Of a DNA stretch of 64,000 bases, positions 20,043 to 31,500 are shown piece by piece. Numbering within the stretch: the stretch's first letter is position 1; every line of letters starts with the position of its first letter. Position numbers and translations under genes: made by a program. The DNA lies in contig CAWHAZ010000005.1 of assembly GCA_963827475.1 (NCBI GenBank), forward strand, positions 288,001 to 352,000. Direction: 5' to 3'. The notes beneath the pieces are model-generated. The model saw only the letters and a program-made list of their open reading frames with translations. It was not told the origin of the DNA and made no database searches. Source of the DNA: an uncultured Chloroflexia bacterium. Lineage in GTDB: Bacteria; Chloroflexota; Limnocylindria; QHBO01.

Positions 20043-21053
20043 ATGACCACCGATTCCATCTCCACCAACGGCCAGACGCCGGCGGTGGACCTCTCTCACC
20101 CCAAGCTCGCCATCATCGGTTCGGGCCCCGCCGGCCTGACCGCGGCGCTCTACGCGGCCCGCGCGAATCTCGCGCCGCTCGTGTTCGCCGGCAACGCCCC
20201 GTTGGGCCAGCTGATGATCACGTCCGACGTCGAGAACTATCCCGGCTTCCCGGACGGCATCCTCGGGCCGGAGCTCATGGACCTCTTCCGTCGCCAGGCC
20301 GAGCGGTTTGGGGCGCACCTGGTCGAGGAAGACGTGACCAAGGTCGACTTCAGCGAGCGACCGTTCAAGCTGTGGGTCCGCGACCAGCGGTACCTCGCCG
20401 ACGCGGTGATCGTGGCCACCGGGGCCAGTGCCCTGTGGCTGGGCCTCGAGTCCGAGGAGGAGTACCGCGGTCGCGGGGTGAGCGCGTGCGCCACCTGTGA
20501 CGGGTTCTTCTTCCGCGACCGCGAGGTGGCCGTCGTCGGCGGCGGTGACACCGCGCTCGAGGAGGCGCTGTTCCTGACCAAGTTCGCGAACAAGGTGACC
20601 ATCCTCGTCCGGCGCGACGAGTTCCGCGGCTCGAAGATCATGCAGGACCGGGCGTTCGCCCACCCGAAGATCGAGGTCCGCTGGAACCGCGAGGTGGCCG
20701 AGGTCATGGGCGACACGACGGTCAACCAGCTGCGCCTGAAGGACACGGCCAGCGGCGAGGAGGAGATGCTCGACGCCCAGGGCCTGTTCATCGCCATCGG
20801 CTACAAGCCGAACACCGACCTGTTCGTCGGCCAGCTCGACCTCGACGCCCGCGGCTACTGCGAGGTGGCGGGGCGCGGTCCGGGCGAGACGAGCACCAAC
20901 ATCGAGGGCGTGTTCGTGGCCGGTGACGTCCACGACCATCGGTACCGCCAGGCCGTGACCGCCGCCGGCGAAGGCTGCAAGGCCGCGATCGACGCCGAGC
21001 GATGGCTGGAGTCGGTCGGCGAGCACGTCGCCACCACCGCCACCAACTGGTAG
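20043..21053 (+). CDS. trxB: thioredoxin-disulfide reductase
   Basis: [40 protein letters not shown]. Confidence 0.97.
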   Translation: MTTDSISTNGQTPAVDLSHPKLAIIGSGPAGLTAALYAARANLAPLVFAGNAPLGQLMITSDVENYPGFPDGILGPELMDLFRRQAERFGAHLVEEDVTKVDFSERPFKLWVRDQRYLADAVIVATGASALWLGLESEEEYRGRGVSACATCDGFFFRDREVAVVGGGDTALEEALFLTKFANKVTILVRRDEFRGSKIMQDRAFAHPKIEVRWNREVAEVMGDTTVNQLRLKDTASGEEEMLDAQGLFIAIGYKPNTDLFVGQLDLDARGYCEVAGRGPGETSTNIEGVFVAGDVHDHRYRQAVTAAGEGCKAAIDAERWLESVGEHVATTATNW

Positions 21054-21102
21054 CGACCCCGGAGAACCGGACAGACCGATGGCGCCTGCCGGCGCCTGAG
21101 CG

Positions 21103-21987
21103 CTAGTCCCCGAGCTGGGCGGCGAGCTCGGGGCTCATGCCCTCCCGGTTGGCATCGGCCAGGTGCTGGAGGGTGGTCCGCCAGCGCGCGTCCGCGGCGA
21201 AGGCGATCGCCAGCTCGCGGCGCGCCTCGGCGATCTCGCCCCGCTTGGCGTGCTCGATCCCCATCCAGAACACCAGCTCCATGGCCTCCGGCGCCCGCCG
21301 GCGGGCCTCGGCGTACGCCTCCGCCTCGCCGAGATCGGTCTGGTCGGGGTCGAACAGGGCGTAGGCCTCGTACAGGTTGACGATGCGCCGGAGCTCGGGC
21401 ACCGGGTCCGGGTGGTCGTCCACCCGCGCGTCCAGGACGCGGCCCTTCCACGCGTTCGGCTGGAGGGCGCCCTCGACGATGACGATCGCGCTGCTCTGGC
21501 GTCCGCGGACGTCGCCACCCTCGGCCTCGGCCGCCTCGAGCGCCCGGAGCAGGCGCTCGCTGAAGGGCAGGTCCTCGGCCAGCGCCGCTTCGTAGGCGCG
21601 GGCCATCGCCGGCCAGCACGTGTCGCGCTCGAGCAGGTTGCCCTGGACCGTGAAGCCGTCACCGACCAGGTGGCCGGCGGCGGGAATCGTCTCCGTCCCG
21701 GTGTACGCGGCCGCCTGGCCCAGCGTGTCCACCACGCCGATCTGGCGGACCTCCGGCGTCGCGTCGCTGGCCAGCAGGGCGGCGACCACCTGCTCCGCGC
21801 CGCGGCCGTTGCGCAGCAGCTCGAGCCCGATCGGCCCGAACGCGATGTCCACCCGGGCCTGGGTGGCGATGGCACCGACGCCCGGCTCGAGCCACGGCAC
21901 GACCGGCCCGACCCCGAGGTAGTGGGACTGGACGGCGACCCCCAACCTCGCGGTGGCGGGGTCGCGGGCGACGATGCTGTAGGTCAT
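21103..21987 (-). CDS. DUF1028 (Ntn-hydrolase-like) protein
   Basis: MTYSIVARD..LGVAVQSH, QGNLL, GGDVRGRQS, RVDDHPDP. Confidence 0.9.
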   Translation of the reverse strand: MTYSIVARDPATARLGVAVQSHYLGVGPVVPWLEPGVGAIATQARVDIAFGPIGLELLRNGRGAEQVVAALLASDATPEVRQIGVVDTLGQAAAYTGTETIPAAGHLVGDGFTVQGNLLERDTCWPAMARAYEAALAEDLPFSERLLRALEAAEAEGGDVRGRQSSAIVIVEGALQPNAWKGRVLDARVDDHPDPVPELRRIVNLYEAYALFDPDQTDLGEAEAYAEARRRAPEAMELVFWMGIEHAKRGEIAEARRELAIAFAADARWRTTLQHLADANREGMSPELAAQLGD

Positions 21988-22106
21988 GGGCGGAGCCTAG
22001 CGGGCCGCATGGGCGTGGGCCACGTTCCAGGCGATCGACGGCGCTGCGGGGCGGGTGTAGGCTGCCGGTCAATTCCAGCCACCGCATGAGCCGTAGGAGG
22101 AGTGCC

Positions 22107-22508
22107 ATGCACCTGTTCATCATCACCCCCGCCAACCAGCCCGGCGCGCTCGCGTCGGTCCTGGACGCCGTCGCCCAGCGGGGCGTGAACGTCACCACCA
22201 TCGGCGGCGGGGGATCCGGCGACAGCGGGGTGATCGCCATCCAGGTCAATGACGACGACAGCGCCCGCTCCGCCCTTCAGGGCATCGGCGCCAGCTTCCG
22301 CGAAGCCGACGTCGTCTCGGCCTGGCTCGAGGATCGGCCGGGCACCCTGGCCGATGCCGCCCGGCGCCTGGGCGACGCGGGGGTCAACATCGAGGCGATC
22401 GTCCCGATCGGGATGCAGGGAGGCAAGGTCGGCGTCCTGCTCGGCGTCGACAACGTCGAGGCCGCGAAGAGCGCGCTCGGCGACCTGGTGGGCGCGGCGA
22501 CCGGCTGA
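22107..22508 (+). CDS. tandem ACT domain protein
   Basis: NQPGALA and DRPGTLA..GVNI; AGGAGG RBS. Confidence 0.8.
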   Translation: MHLFIITPANQPGALASVLDAVAQRGVNVTTIGGGGSGDSGVIAIQVNDDDSARSALQGIGASFREADVVSAWLEDRPGTLADAARRLGDAGVNIEAIVPIGMQGGKVGVLLGVDNVEAAKSALGDLVGAATG

Positions 22509-22511
22509 CGC

Positions 22512-23271
22512 CTAGCCGGAGGGGCGAGGGCCGAGCGCGGCTCTCGCCACGTCCGGAATGTCGGTGACGAAGCCCCACAGGCCGGCGGCCGCGAGCTGCT
22601 GCATGCGCTCGGGCTCGTTCACCACGTAGCACCCGACCCGCGCCCCAAACGCGACCGCCAGCTCGACGTTGGCCGACGGGTCGGCGCCGAGGTCCGGGTC
22701 GTACGGCATGACCGCCGCGTGCCCGTGCTCCACGACCCAGCGCAGGCCCCGCTCGAAGACGTCGCCCGGGACCAGGAGCAGCCCGGTCGGCAGGTCGGGC
22801 GCGAGCTCGCGGACCCGCTCGATGGCCGCTTCCAGGAAGCTCATGACGGTGACCGCGCCCTGCCTCGCGGACGGCGGATCCGGCGAGCGCGGCCACGACT
22901 CCGTCAGCCGCGGCCGCGGCCTTGATCTCGACCGCCAGGCCGACACCCGCCGGCAGCCACTCCACCACCTCGGGCAGGGTGGGGACGGTCAGGCCCGCGC
23001 CGCGAAACGGGTAGTCACCGTCGGGGCCGGCGAAGGCCCAGCCCGCGTCTGCCGACCGGATGTCGGCCATCGTCGCGGCCGCGACCGAGGTCGTGCGGTC
23101 GGTGGTCCGATCCAGCGTCGGGTCGTGGACGATCGCGAGCTCGCCGTCGGCGGTGAGGTGGACGTCGACCTCGATCGCGTCCGCCCCCGCCTCCGCCGCC
23201 AGCCGAAAGGCTTCGAGCGTGTTCTCCGGGGCCGCCTGCGAGGCGCCCCGGTGCGCCACGACCAGGGTCAT
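22512..23271 (-). CDS. glycerophosphodiester phosphodiesterase (frameshifted)
   Basis: [31 protein letters not shown]. Confidence 0.88.
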
Positions 23272-24620
23272 GACACCCCGGGCGGCCCGGCGAGCACGGC
23301 CGCGGCTTCCTCGGCCCGCTCGGGCGGCGGCTCGGGCACGCCGCGCACGATCCAGTAGCCGATCACCATCAGGATCAGCAGCGACAGGATCGCGACCTGG
23401 TAGGCCACCGTGCCGAGGGGCTCGAGCAGCAGGAACACGATCACGCCGAAGGCGATCGGTCCGATGACCGCGCTGAACTTTCCGGCCAGCCCGAACAGGC
23501 CGAACATCTCGCCCACCTGGTGGGCCGGGGTGAGCCGAAGGAGCAGGAGCCGATCGGTCACCGCGGTGCCACCGAGACCCGAGCCGAGGATCGCGCCCGC
23601 CAGCAGGAAGACCGCCTTGTCTGGCACCAGACCAATGATGAGCAGACCGAGCACCCAGGACGCAAGCACGACCAGGAGGGTACGTTTCGGCCCCCACCGG
23701 TCGGCCAGGTACCCCCAGCCGAACGAGGCGATGACCGCCACCACGGTCAGGCCGAGCAGGACGTAGAGCGCTTCACCCTCGGTGAAGCCGACGGCATTGA
23801 TGGTGAACAGGCTCATGACCGCGATCGCGGTGTTCACCCCGTCCGAGTAGAAGAATCGGCCGACGATGAAGCGGCGGAGGCCCGGCTGCTCCCCGGCGTG
23901 CTGCCAGGTGATCCCGAGCTGGCGCCAGGAGCCGATGGCGTCCATCACCCGGAACGGCACGGTATCGGTCCGGGGCCGCTCGCGGACGACGAGGAAGATC
24001 GGGATCGCGAACACCGCGAACAGGGACGCGACGAGGAGGAAGCTGGCCGCCGTGATGAGACCCTCGTCATCGGTCGTGAACCGGAGGAGGAGCCCCGACA
24101 CGATGGTCCCCATGTAGCCGAGGCCGACCCCGATTCCCGACAGCCGGCCGCGCTTCTCGGGGAGGGCGACGTCCGGCAGGATCGCGTCGTAGTAGATGAG
24201 CGCGGCCTGGAAGGCAAAGTTCGCGATCGCGAAGGCGAGCAGACCGATCCAGATGTTCACGAAGCCGATGAGCGCGGTGGGGATCACGCAGATGACCGTG
24301 AACACCAACAGGTAGCGCATGCGGCCGCCGGTTCGGTCACTCACCGCGCCGAGCGCCGGTGACACCAGCGCATTGAGCAGGACCGATACGCTGCCGGCCA
24401 CCGTGAAGGCCAGCGTGCCGGTGGCCTCGCCCTGGACCGGGCCGAGCATTTCCTGGAACGCGCGGACCGTCCACGGGCCCATCGCGAAGCTGACGATGGC
24501 GAACGAGAAGATCGTGTTCGCGAAGTCGTACAGCGCCCAGGACAGCCCTTCGACGGCGCTGCCGGACCGGGTCAGGCTCCCGAGGCCACGCCACCAGGTG
24601 GCGGGCGCCAGGGCGGTCAC
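23268..24620 (-). CDS. MFS transporter (UMF1/Atg22-like)
   Basis: [14 protein letters not shown], ~12 TM helices, FGLFGLAGK. Confidence 0.88.
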   Translation of the reverse strand: MTALAPATWWRGLGSLTRSGSAVEGLSWALYDFANTIFSFAIVSFAMGPWTVRAFQEMLGPVQGEATGTLAFTVAGSVSVLLNALVSPALGAVSDRTGGRMRYLLVFTVICVIPTALIGFVNIWIGLLAFAIANFAFQAALIYYDAILPDVALPEKRGRLSGIGVGLGYMGTIVSGLLLRFTTDDEGLITAASFLLVASLFAVFAIPIFLVVRERPRTDTVPFRVMDAIGSWRQLGITWQHAGEQPGLRRFIVGRFFYSDGVNTAIAVMSLFTINAVGFTEGEALYVLLGLTVVAVIASFGWGYLADRWGPKRTLLVVLASWVLGLLIIGLVPDKAVFLLAGAILGSGLGGTAVTDRLLLLRLTPAHQVGEMFGLFGLAGKFSAVIGPIAFGVIVFLLLEPLGTVAYQVAILSLLILMVIGYWIVRGVPEPPPERAEEAAAVLAGPPGVS

Positions 24621-24709
24621 GCCGGGTGGGCTCGGCTCATGGACGGCGATGATAGGCGGGTCAGAAGCCGTTCCGGCGTGCTTCGGCGGCGTCGGCTAGA
24701 GTCACGGCG

Positions 24710-27052
24710 ATGTTCGCCGCCCTCGGTCGCTTCGACTACCGCTTCCGACGCTGGATCCCACCCATCGGCCTGGCCGTCGTCATCGGTCTGACGGTCTGGG
24801 TCAGCCAGGCCGGCGGCGAGCTGTCGCAGGGTGGCTGGCAGATCGAGGGCTCGGAGTCGGCGGCCACCGAACAGCTGCTGGCCGACCGCTTCGGGGAGCA
24901 GGCCACCGCCATCTTCGTCATCCTCCGCGACCCGGATGGGGACGCGGCATCCCCGGCGTTCCAGGACGTCGTGGACGAGGCGGTGGCGCCGCTGGCGGAC
25001 GATCCAGCGGTGGACGAGATCATCACCTACGCCGACAACGGCGACCCCCGATTCCTCTCCTTCGACGGGGCGACCACGTTCGCCCTGGTGCGGCTGAACT
25101 CACCCGACGAGGAGGCGGTCGAGGACTCCAGCCGGCTCGTGAGCCTGGTCGAGCAGCCGGCCACGGTCGAGGAGATGTGGGTCACCGGCGTGCCGGTCGT
25201 GTACGAGGAGTTCAACGCGGTCATCGAGGAGGACCTGCGCCAGGCGGAGCTCATCAGCCTCCCGATCGCTGGGGCGATCCTGCTGGTCGTGTTCGGGACC
25301 CTGGTCGGCGCCGGGCTGCCGCTGCTGATCGCCGGGTTCTCGCTGGCGTCGACCTTCGCGATCATCGGCCTGCTGGCGAACGAGGCCGACATGTCGATCT
25401 TCGTCACCAACCTGGCGACCATGATCGGCCTCGCGCTGGCGATCGACTACTCGCTGTTCCTCGTCAGCCGCTTCCGCGAGGAGCTGCTCCACCACCCGGT
25501 CGACACGGCCGTCGAACGGACGATGGCCACCGTCGGCAAGGCGGTGGCGGTCTCCGGAGTGGCGGTGGCCATCGGGCTGGCCGCGCTGATCGTGTTCGAG
25601 GCCGATGCCCTGCGCTCGATGGGCATCGGTGGCGTGGTCGTGGTGCTCGCCACCATGCTCTTCGGGCTCACCGTCCTGCCGGCCCTGCTCGCGCTGCTCG
25701 GCCATCGTGTCAACCGACTGAAGGTGCCCGTGCCGCGCCGCCTCCGCTTCGTGGAGGTCGACCCGGTCGAGGCCGAGCAACGGCACGGCCACGGCTTCTG
25801 GTCGCGGGTCGCGGCCCGGGTCATGCGCCACCCGTTGCTGATCGGCGCCCCGATCCTCGTCCTGCTCCTCCTCGCCGGCACGCCGTTCCTCCGCATCGAG
25901 CTGTCGACCGGCGGCAACCTCGACGACCTGCCGGACACGCCGGCCAAGGAGGGGTTCACGGTCCTCAGCGACGAGTTCCCCGGGGGAGACACCGACCCGA
26001 TGCTGGCCGCGGTCACCTACGACGGGGTCACCGACCTGGCCGATGGCGGGCTGACCCCCGAACGCCTGGCCGACCTGCAGGCCTACGTCGACGAGGTCGC
26101 CGCGCTCCACGACATCGAGGAGGTCGACAGCGTCCTCGATCCTCCGCCCGGCGTTGCCGCCGACCAGTACCTCGCCTTGCTGTCGATGCCCGAGGCCTGG
26201 CCCGAGGGATTCGACGACTGGGTGGGCCAGACGGTGGCCGGCGACACGACCCGGGTCACGATCTTCTCCGGCCTGCTGCCCGACTCGGAGGCCGGCCGCG
26301 GCCTGGTGGCCGAGGTGCGCGACGCGGAGCAACCGCCGGGGTCGACGGTCGGCGTGACCGGGCTGGCCGCCCGCTCGGCGGACTTCATGGACAGCTTCCG
26401 GGCCAGCGTGCCGGTGGCAGTCGCCATCGTCATCGCGGTCACCGCGGTCGTCCTGTTCCTGACCTTTGGATCGGTCTTCCTGCCGGTCAAGGCGGTGGTC
26501 ATGAGCCTCGTCTCGATCACCGCCAGCTTCGGGGCCCTGGTCTGGGTCTTCCAGGAGGGAAACCTGTCCGGCCTGCTGAACTTCGAGGCCACCGGCTCGC
26601 TCGGGGCGTGGCTGCCGATCCTGATGTTCGCCATCCTGTTCGGGCTGTCGATGGACTACGAGGTCCTGCTCCTGTCCCGCATCCGCGAACGATGGGTGGC
26701 GACCGGCGACAACACCCGCTCGGTGGCGGAGGGGATCGGGATCACCGGCGGCATCATCACCGGCGCCGCGCTGATCATGGTCGTCGTCTTCTCCGCCTTC
26801 GCCATGTCGGAGGTCCTCTTCCTGAAGGCCATCGGCTTCTCGATGGCCCTCGCCGTCCTCATCGACGCCACCATCGTGCGTGGCGTCCTGGTGCCCGCGT
26901 TCATGCGGGTCATGGGCCGGCTGAACTGGTGGGCGCCGGCCTGGGTCCAGCGCGCGGTGGCCAGGCTGGGGCTGTACGAAGGCCCGGCCACCAGACCGCC
27001 GGCCCCGGCGACGACTCCGGCCTCGACCTCCTCCCCGGCCTCGACCCCGTGA
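24710..27052 (+). CDS. MMPL/RND-family transporter
   Basis: IGLALAIDYSLFLVSRFREE, FGLSMDYEVLLLSRIRE, DATIVR. Confidence 0.92.
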   Translation: MFAALGRFDYRFRRWIPPIGLAVVIGLTVWVSQAGGELSQGGWQIEGSESAATEQLLADRFGEQATAIFVILRDPDGDAASPAFQDVVDEAVAPLADDPAVDEIITYADNGDPRFLSFDGATTFALVRLNSPDEEAVEDSSRLVSLVEQPATVEEMWVTGVPVVYEEFNAVIEEDLRQAELISLPIAGAILLVVFGTLVGAGLPLLIAGFSLASTFAIIGLLANEADMSIFVTNLATMIGLALAIDYSLFLVSRFREELLHHPVDTAVERTMATVGKAVAVSGVAVAIGLAALIVFEADALRSMGIGGVVVVLATMLFGLTVLPALLALLGHRVNRLKVPVPRRLRFVEVDPVEAEQRHGHGFWSRVAARVMRHPLLIGAPILVLLLLAGTPFLRIELSTGGNLDDLPDTPAKEGFTVLSDEFPGGDTDPMLAAVTYDGVTDLADGGLTPERLADLQAYVDEVAALHDIEEVDSVLDPPPGVAADQYLALLSMPEAWPEGFDDWVGQTVAGDTTRVTIFSGLLPDSEAGRGLVAEVRDAEQPPGSTVGVTGLAARSADFMDSFRASVPVAVAIVIAVTAVVLFLTFGSVFLPVKAVVMSLVSITASFGALVWVFQEGNLSGLLNFEATGSLGAWLPILMFAILFGLSMDYEVLLLSRIRERWVATGDNTRSVAEGIGITGGIITGAALIMVVVFSAFAMSEVLFLKAIGFSMALAVLIDATIVRGVLVPAFMRVMGRLNWWAPAWVQRAVARLGLYEGPATRPPAPATTPASTSSPASTP

Positions 27053-28230
27053 CCGAACGCCTGCCGCTGGCGGGCGTCACCATCCTCGACTGCTCGAGGG
27101 TCTTCGCCGGCCCCCACGCCACCATGCTGCTGGCCGACCTCGGCGCCGAGGTGTGGAAGCTCGAGCCGCCCACCGGCGACGAGACACGGGGCTGGGGCCC
27201 ACCGTTCTGGGGTGACCCGCACGACGGGCTGAGCGCCTATTTCGCGGCCGTCAACCGCAACAAGCGCAGCATCGTGGTCGACCTGAAGACCGATGCCGGG
27301 CGCGAGATCCTGCACCGATTGGCCGCGCGGGCCGACCTGCTCATGCACAACTACCTGCCTTCGGTGGCGGACCGCCTCGGCCTGGCGCCGTCGGTCCTCC
27401 GCGAGCGGCACCCGCGGCTGGTGGTGTCGGTGGTGCGCGGCTTCCCCGGCGACGGGGAGCTCGCCGAGCGCCCGGCCTATGACCTCGTGGCCCAGGCGTG
27501 GAGCGGCCAGATGGCGGTGACCGGCGAGCCCGAGGGCGCGCCGGTGAAGATCGGGGTCGGGCTCCTGGACCTGCTCGCCGGCCTGGAGGCGGCCATCGCG
27601 GGCCTGGCCGGCCTCACCGCCCGCGAGCGGGGCGGGTCCGCGCCGTCGGCATCGGTCAGCCTGGTGGAGGCGGCCGTGGCGGGCCTCGCCAACGTGCTCG
27701 GCTACCACCTGGCCACCGGGGAGGAGCCGCGGCGATGGGGGAGTGGCCACCCGGACATCGTCCCGTACCAGGTCTTCGCCGCTCGCGGCGGGCACGTCGT
27801 CGTCGCGGTCGGCAACGACGGCCAGTTTGCCCGGCTCTGCGCGCTGCTCGGGGTGGAGCCGCGCCCGGAGTGGGGGACCAACCCGGACCGCATCCAGCAC
27901 CGCGACGAGGTGCTGGCGACGCTCACGCCGCGGATCGCGGACTGGCAACGCGACGAGCTGGTGGCGGCGATGGTCGCCAACGACATCCCCGGCGGTCCGG
28001 TCCATACCGTGACGGAGGCGGCCGCCGCCATGCGCTCGGTGGAGCCGAACTGGATCTCGACCGTGGGCGGCGTGCAGCTCCCCGCGTCCCCCATCCGGGT
28101 CGACGGTCAGCGGCTCCCGATCCACCGGCCGCCGCCCCGCCTCGGAGAGCACACCGACGAGATCCTGGCCGAGGTCGGTGTCACCGCCGGGGAGATCCAG
28201 AGGCTCCGCGCGGACGGCGTCATCGCCTAG
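27049..28230 (+). CDS. CaiB/BaiF family III CoA-transferase
   Basis: AGPHATMLLADLGAEVWKLE, NRNKRSI, AYD, PPRLGEHT; GTGA overlap with the MMPL stop. Confidence 0.92.
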   Translation: MTERLPLAGVTILDCSRVFAGPHATMLLADLGAEVWKLEPPTGDETRGWGPPFWGDPHDGLSAYFAAVNRNKRSIVVDLKTDAGREILHRLAARADLLMHNYLPSVADRLGLAPSVLRERHPRLVVSVVRGFPGDGELAERPAYDLVAQAWSGQMAVTGEPEGAPVKIGVGLLDLLAGLEAAIAGLAGLTARERGGSAPSASVSLVEAAVAGLANVLGYHLATGEEPRRWGSGHPDIVPYQVFAARGGHVVVAVGNDGQFARLCALLGVEPRPEWGTNPDRIQHRDEVLATLTPRIADWQRDELVAAMVANDIPGGPVHTVTEAAAAMRSVEPNWISTVGGVQLPASPIRVDGQRLPIHRPPPRLGEHTDEILAEVGVTAGEIQRLRADGVIA

Positions 28231-28512
28231 CGGCATTCCTCTGCGGCGGCAGCCGAGCCGCGTGCATCGGCGCTGCGCCCGCCGGAAGTACCGGCCCACG
28301 CGTGCCGGTTGGGCCATGGAGGGTCCTGGGCCCCATCTGCTCTGCTATCGTCCAGCACTGGATAACCCATCGATAGGGACGTTTCCGTTCGGCGGACGGA
28401 AACGAATGGGATCCGTGTTCCGCGGGGGACGTCAATAACCGGGGCGGACGAATCGGGTTCCAAGCTCATCGACTCTCACCTCGTAGCGAATAGCTCGCGC
28501 TTCCGACGAGCC

Positions 28513-31500
28513 ATGCTCTGGCTCGCCCCGTTCGCCCTACCCCTGCTTCTCACCTTCGCCGTGCTGGGCAGCGTGGCGCTGCCGCCCACGGTCAAGGCCG
28601 CCACCCGGACGTGGGACGGTGGAGGGCCGACCACCCTGTGGAACGACCCGCTCAACTGGTCGGCCAACACGCTGCCGGTCGCCGGCGACACGGTGATCTT
28701 CGACGGGACGAGCTCGAAGAACGCGGACATCAACGTCGCGGTGACCGTGGCGATCGTGCAGGTGAATGCCGGCTATGGCGGGACGATCACCCAGATGCCC
28801 GGGGTCAACCTGACCGTGACGTCCTCGTACAGCCAGTCAGCCGGGTCGTTCGCCGGCGGGACGACGGCCATCTCGGTTGGATCGTTCACGCTCAATCCCG
28901 GCGCCACCTTCAGCAGCACCGCCGCCACGCTCACCGTGACCGGCGCGTTCACGATGAGCGGCGGATCCTTCGCGCACAACAACGGGACGGTGGCCTTCTC
29001 GACCGGCAACGTCACGATCGACGTTCCGACCAGCATCGCCCTGAACAACGCGTCCTTCCTGTCCGGCACGAAGACGATTGCTGCCGGAGACACCCTGAAC
29101 GTGGCTGGCACGCTCAACCTCGCCGGCGGGGTGGTCAACACCGGGACCCTGGCCGCGATGGGCAACATCGACGTCCAGGCCGGCTTCACCGGCAACAGCA
29201 CCGGCATCCTGCTCGTGAGTGGCAGCGGCGCCCAGACGATGACCGGCAACCACGCGGTGGGCAGCGGGGACCTGCCGGGGGTGGTCATCAACAAGCCGTC
29301 GGGGGCCCTGACCCTGGCCGGCACCCTGCGCACGACCGACAACTGGACCTACACCGCCGCCCCCGGCGGGCTGAACGTGGCCGGCAGCACGGTCTCGTTC
29401 GCCGGCGGCACGATCACCGGCTCCCACACCCTGAACGCGGTCGAGATCCGCGGCGGCACGATCACGATCGCGGCCGGCACCACGGTCACGGTGGGCGCTG
29501 GCCTGAACCTGTTCAGCGGGGTGGTCAACACCGGGACCCTGGCCGCGATGGGCAACATCGACGTCCAGGCCGGCTTCACCGGCAACAGCACCGGCATCCT
29601 GCTCGTGAGTGGCAGCGGCGCCCAGACGATGACCGGCAACCACGCGGTGGGCAGCGGGGACCTGCCAGGGGTGGTCATCAACAAGCCGTCGGGGGCCCTG
29701 ACCCTGGCCGGCACCCTGCGCACGACCGACAACTGGACCTACACCGCCGCCCCCGGCGGGCTGAACGTGGCCGGCAGCACGGTCTCGTTCGCCGGCGGCA
29801 CGATCACCGGCTCCCACACCCTGAACGCGGTCGAGATCCGCGGCGGCACGATCACCATCGCGGCCGGCACCACGGTCACGGTGGGCGCTGGCCTGAACCT
29901 GTTCAGCGGGGTGGTCAACACCGGGACCCTGGCCGCGACGGGCAACATCGACGTCCAGGCCGGCTTCACCGGCAACAGCACCGGCATCCTGCTCGTGAGT
30001 GGCAGCGGCGCCCAGACGATGACCGGCAACCACGCGGTGGGCAGCGGGGACCTGCCAGGGGTGGTCATCAACAAGCCGTCGGGGGCCCTGACCCTGGCCG
30101 GCACCCTGCGCACGACCGACAACTGGACCTACACCGCCGCCCCCGGCGGGCTGAACGTGGCCGGCAGCACGGTCTCGTTCGCCGGCGGCACGATCACCGG
30201 CTCCCACACCCTGAACGCGGTCGAGATCCGCGGCGGCACGATCACGATCGCGGCCGGCACCACGGTCACGGTGGGCGCTGGCCTGAACCTGTTCAGCGGA
30301 ACCATGAACACGGGCACGCTGGCTGCCCAGGGATCGATCGCGGCCCAGGTTGGGTTCACCGGAGGCGGGACCGCGACGCTGCTCATCAACGGCAGTGGCA
30401 ACCAGACCGTCACCGGGTACCACACCGTCCTGGTCGGAGCGCTGCCGGCGGTCGATGTCAACAAGCCGTCCGGCAGCCTGACCCTGGCTGCCCCAGGTCC
30501 CGGCACCGGGATCCTGCGTACCGCCCGCAACTGGACGGTGAGCGCGGTGCCCGGCGGGCTGAACGTGACCGGCTCGACCGTCGTGTTCGCCGGCAACCTC
30601 ACCATCACCGGCTCCCACACCCTCAACACCGTCGAGTTCCGGGGCGGGACGGTGGTGATCGCCGCCGGCACGACCCTGACCGCGGCCGGCACCACGGAGC
30701 TGTTCAGCGGCACGGTCAACCAGGCGGCCGCCACCGGCACGATCGCGGCCCAGGGCGACATCAACGCACGAGTCGGGTTCACCGGCGGCGGGACGGCGAC
30801 CCTGCTGATCAACGGCTCCGCCAACCAGCTGTTCGACGGCGATCACACGGTGACCGTCGGGGCCCTGCCGAATGTCGACGTCAACAAGCCGGCGGGCACG
30901 CTGACCCTGACCGACACGCTGCGCACGGCCCGCAACTGGACGGTGAGCGCGGTCCCCGGCGGGCTGACCGTGACCGGCTCGACCGTCGTGTTCGCCGGCA
31001 ACCTCACCATCACCGGCTCCCACACCCTCAACAACGTCGAGTTCCGAGCCGGCGTGGCGGTGATTGCCGCCGGCACGACCCTGACCGCGGCCGGCACGAC
31101 GACCCTCACCGACGGCGACCTCAATGGCGGCACGCTCGATGCCCTCGGCAACCTTTCGCAGGCGGCCACGTTCGACGGCGAGACCGCCACCATCCGGATC
31201 GCGGGGGTGACCAACCAGACCTTCACCGGCGCCGCCACGTCCACCACGGGCGACCTGCCTGCGATCGTCATCGACAAGCCGTCCGGCACCCTGTTCCTGG
31301 TCGGCACCATCCGGACCACCACCGTCGGCTGGACCTGGCTCCAGGGCGCCGTGGACCCGGGTACCGCGACCGTGGTGTTCAACACGTCTACCGTCACCGG
31401 CGACCACACGCTCCATAACGTGGAGCTGCAGGGTGGGGTCGTGGCCATCGCCGCCGGCGACACCCTGACTGCGGCCGGCACCACGACCCTCACCGATGGC

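Noticed and set aside
29128..30299. Tandem repeats as a CRISPR array or mobile element
   Set aside because: They are 390-bp in-frame coding units with no spacers, and no cas or transposase genes are present.
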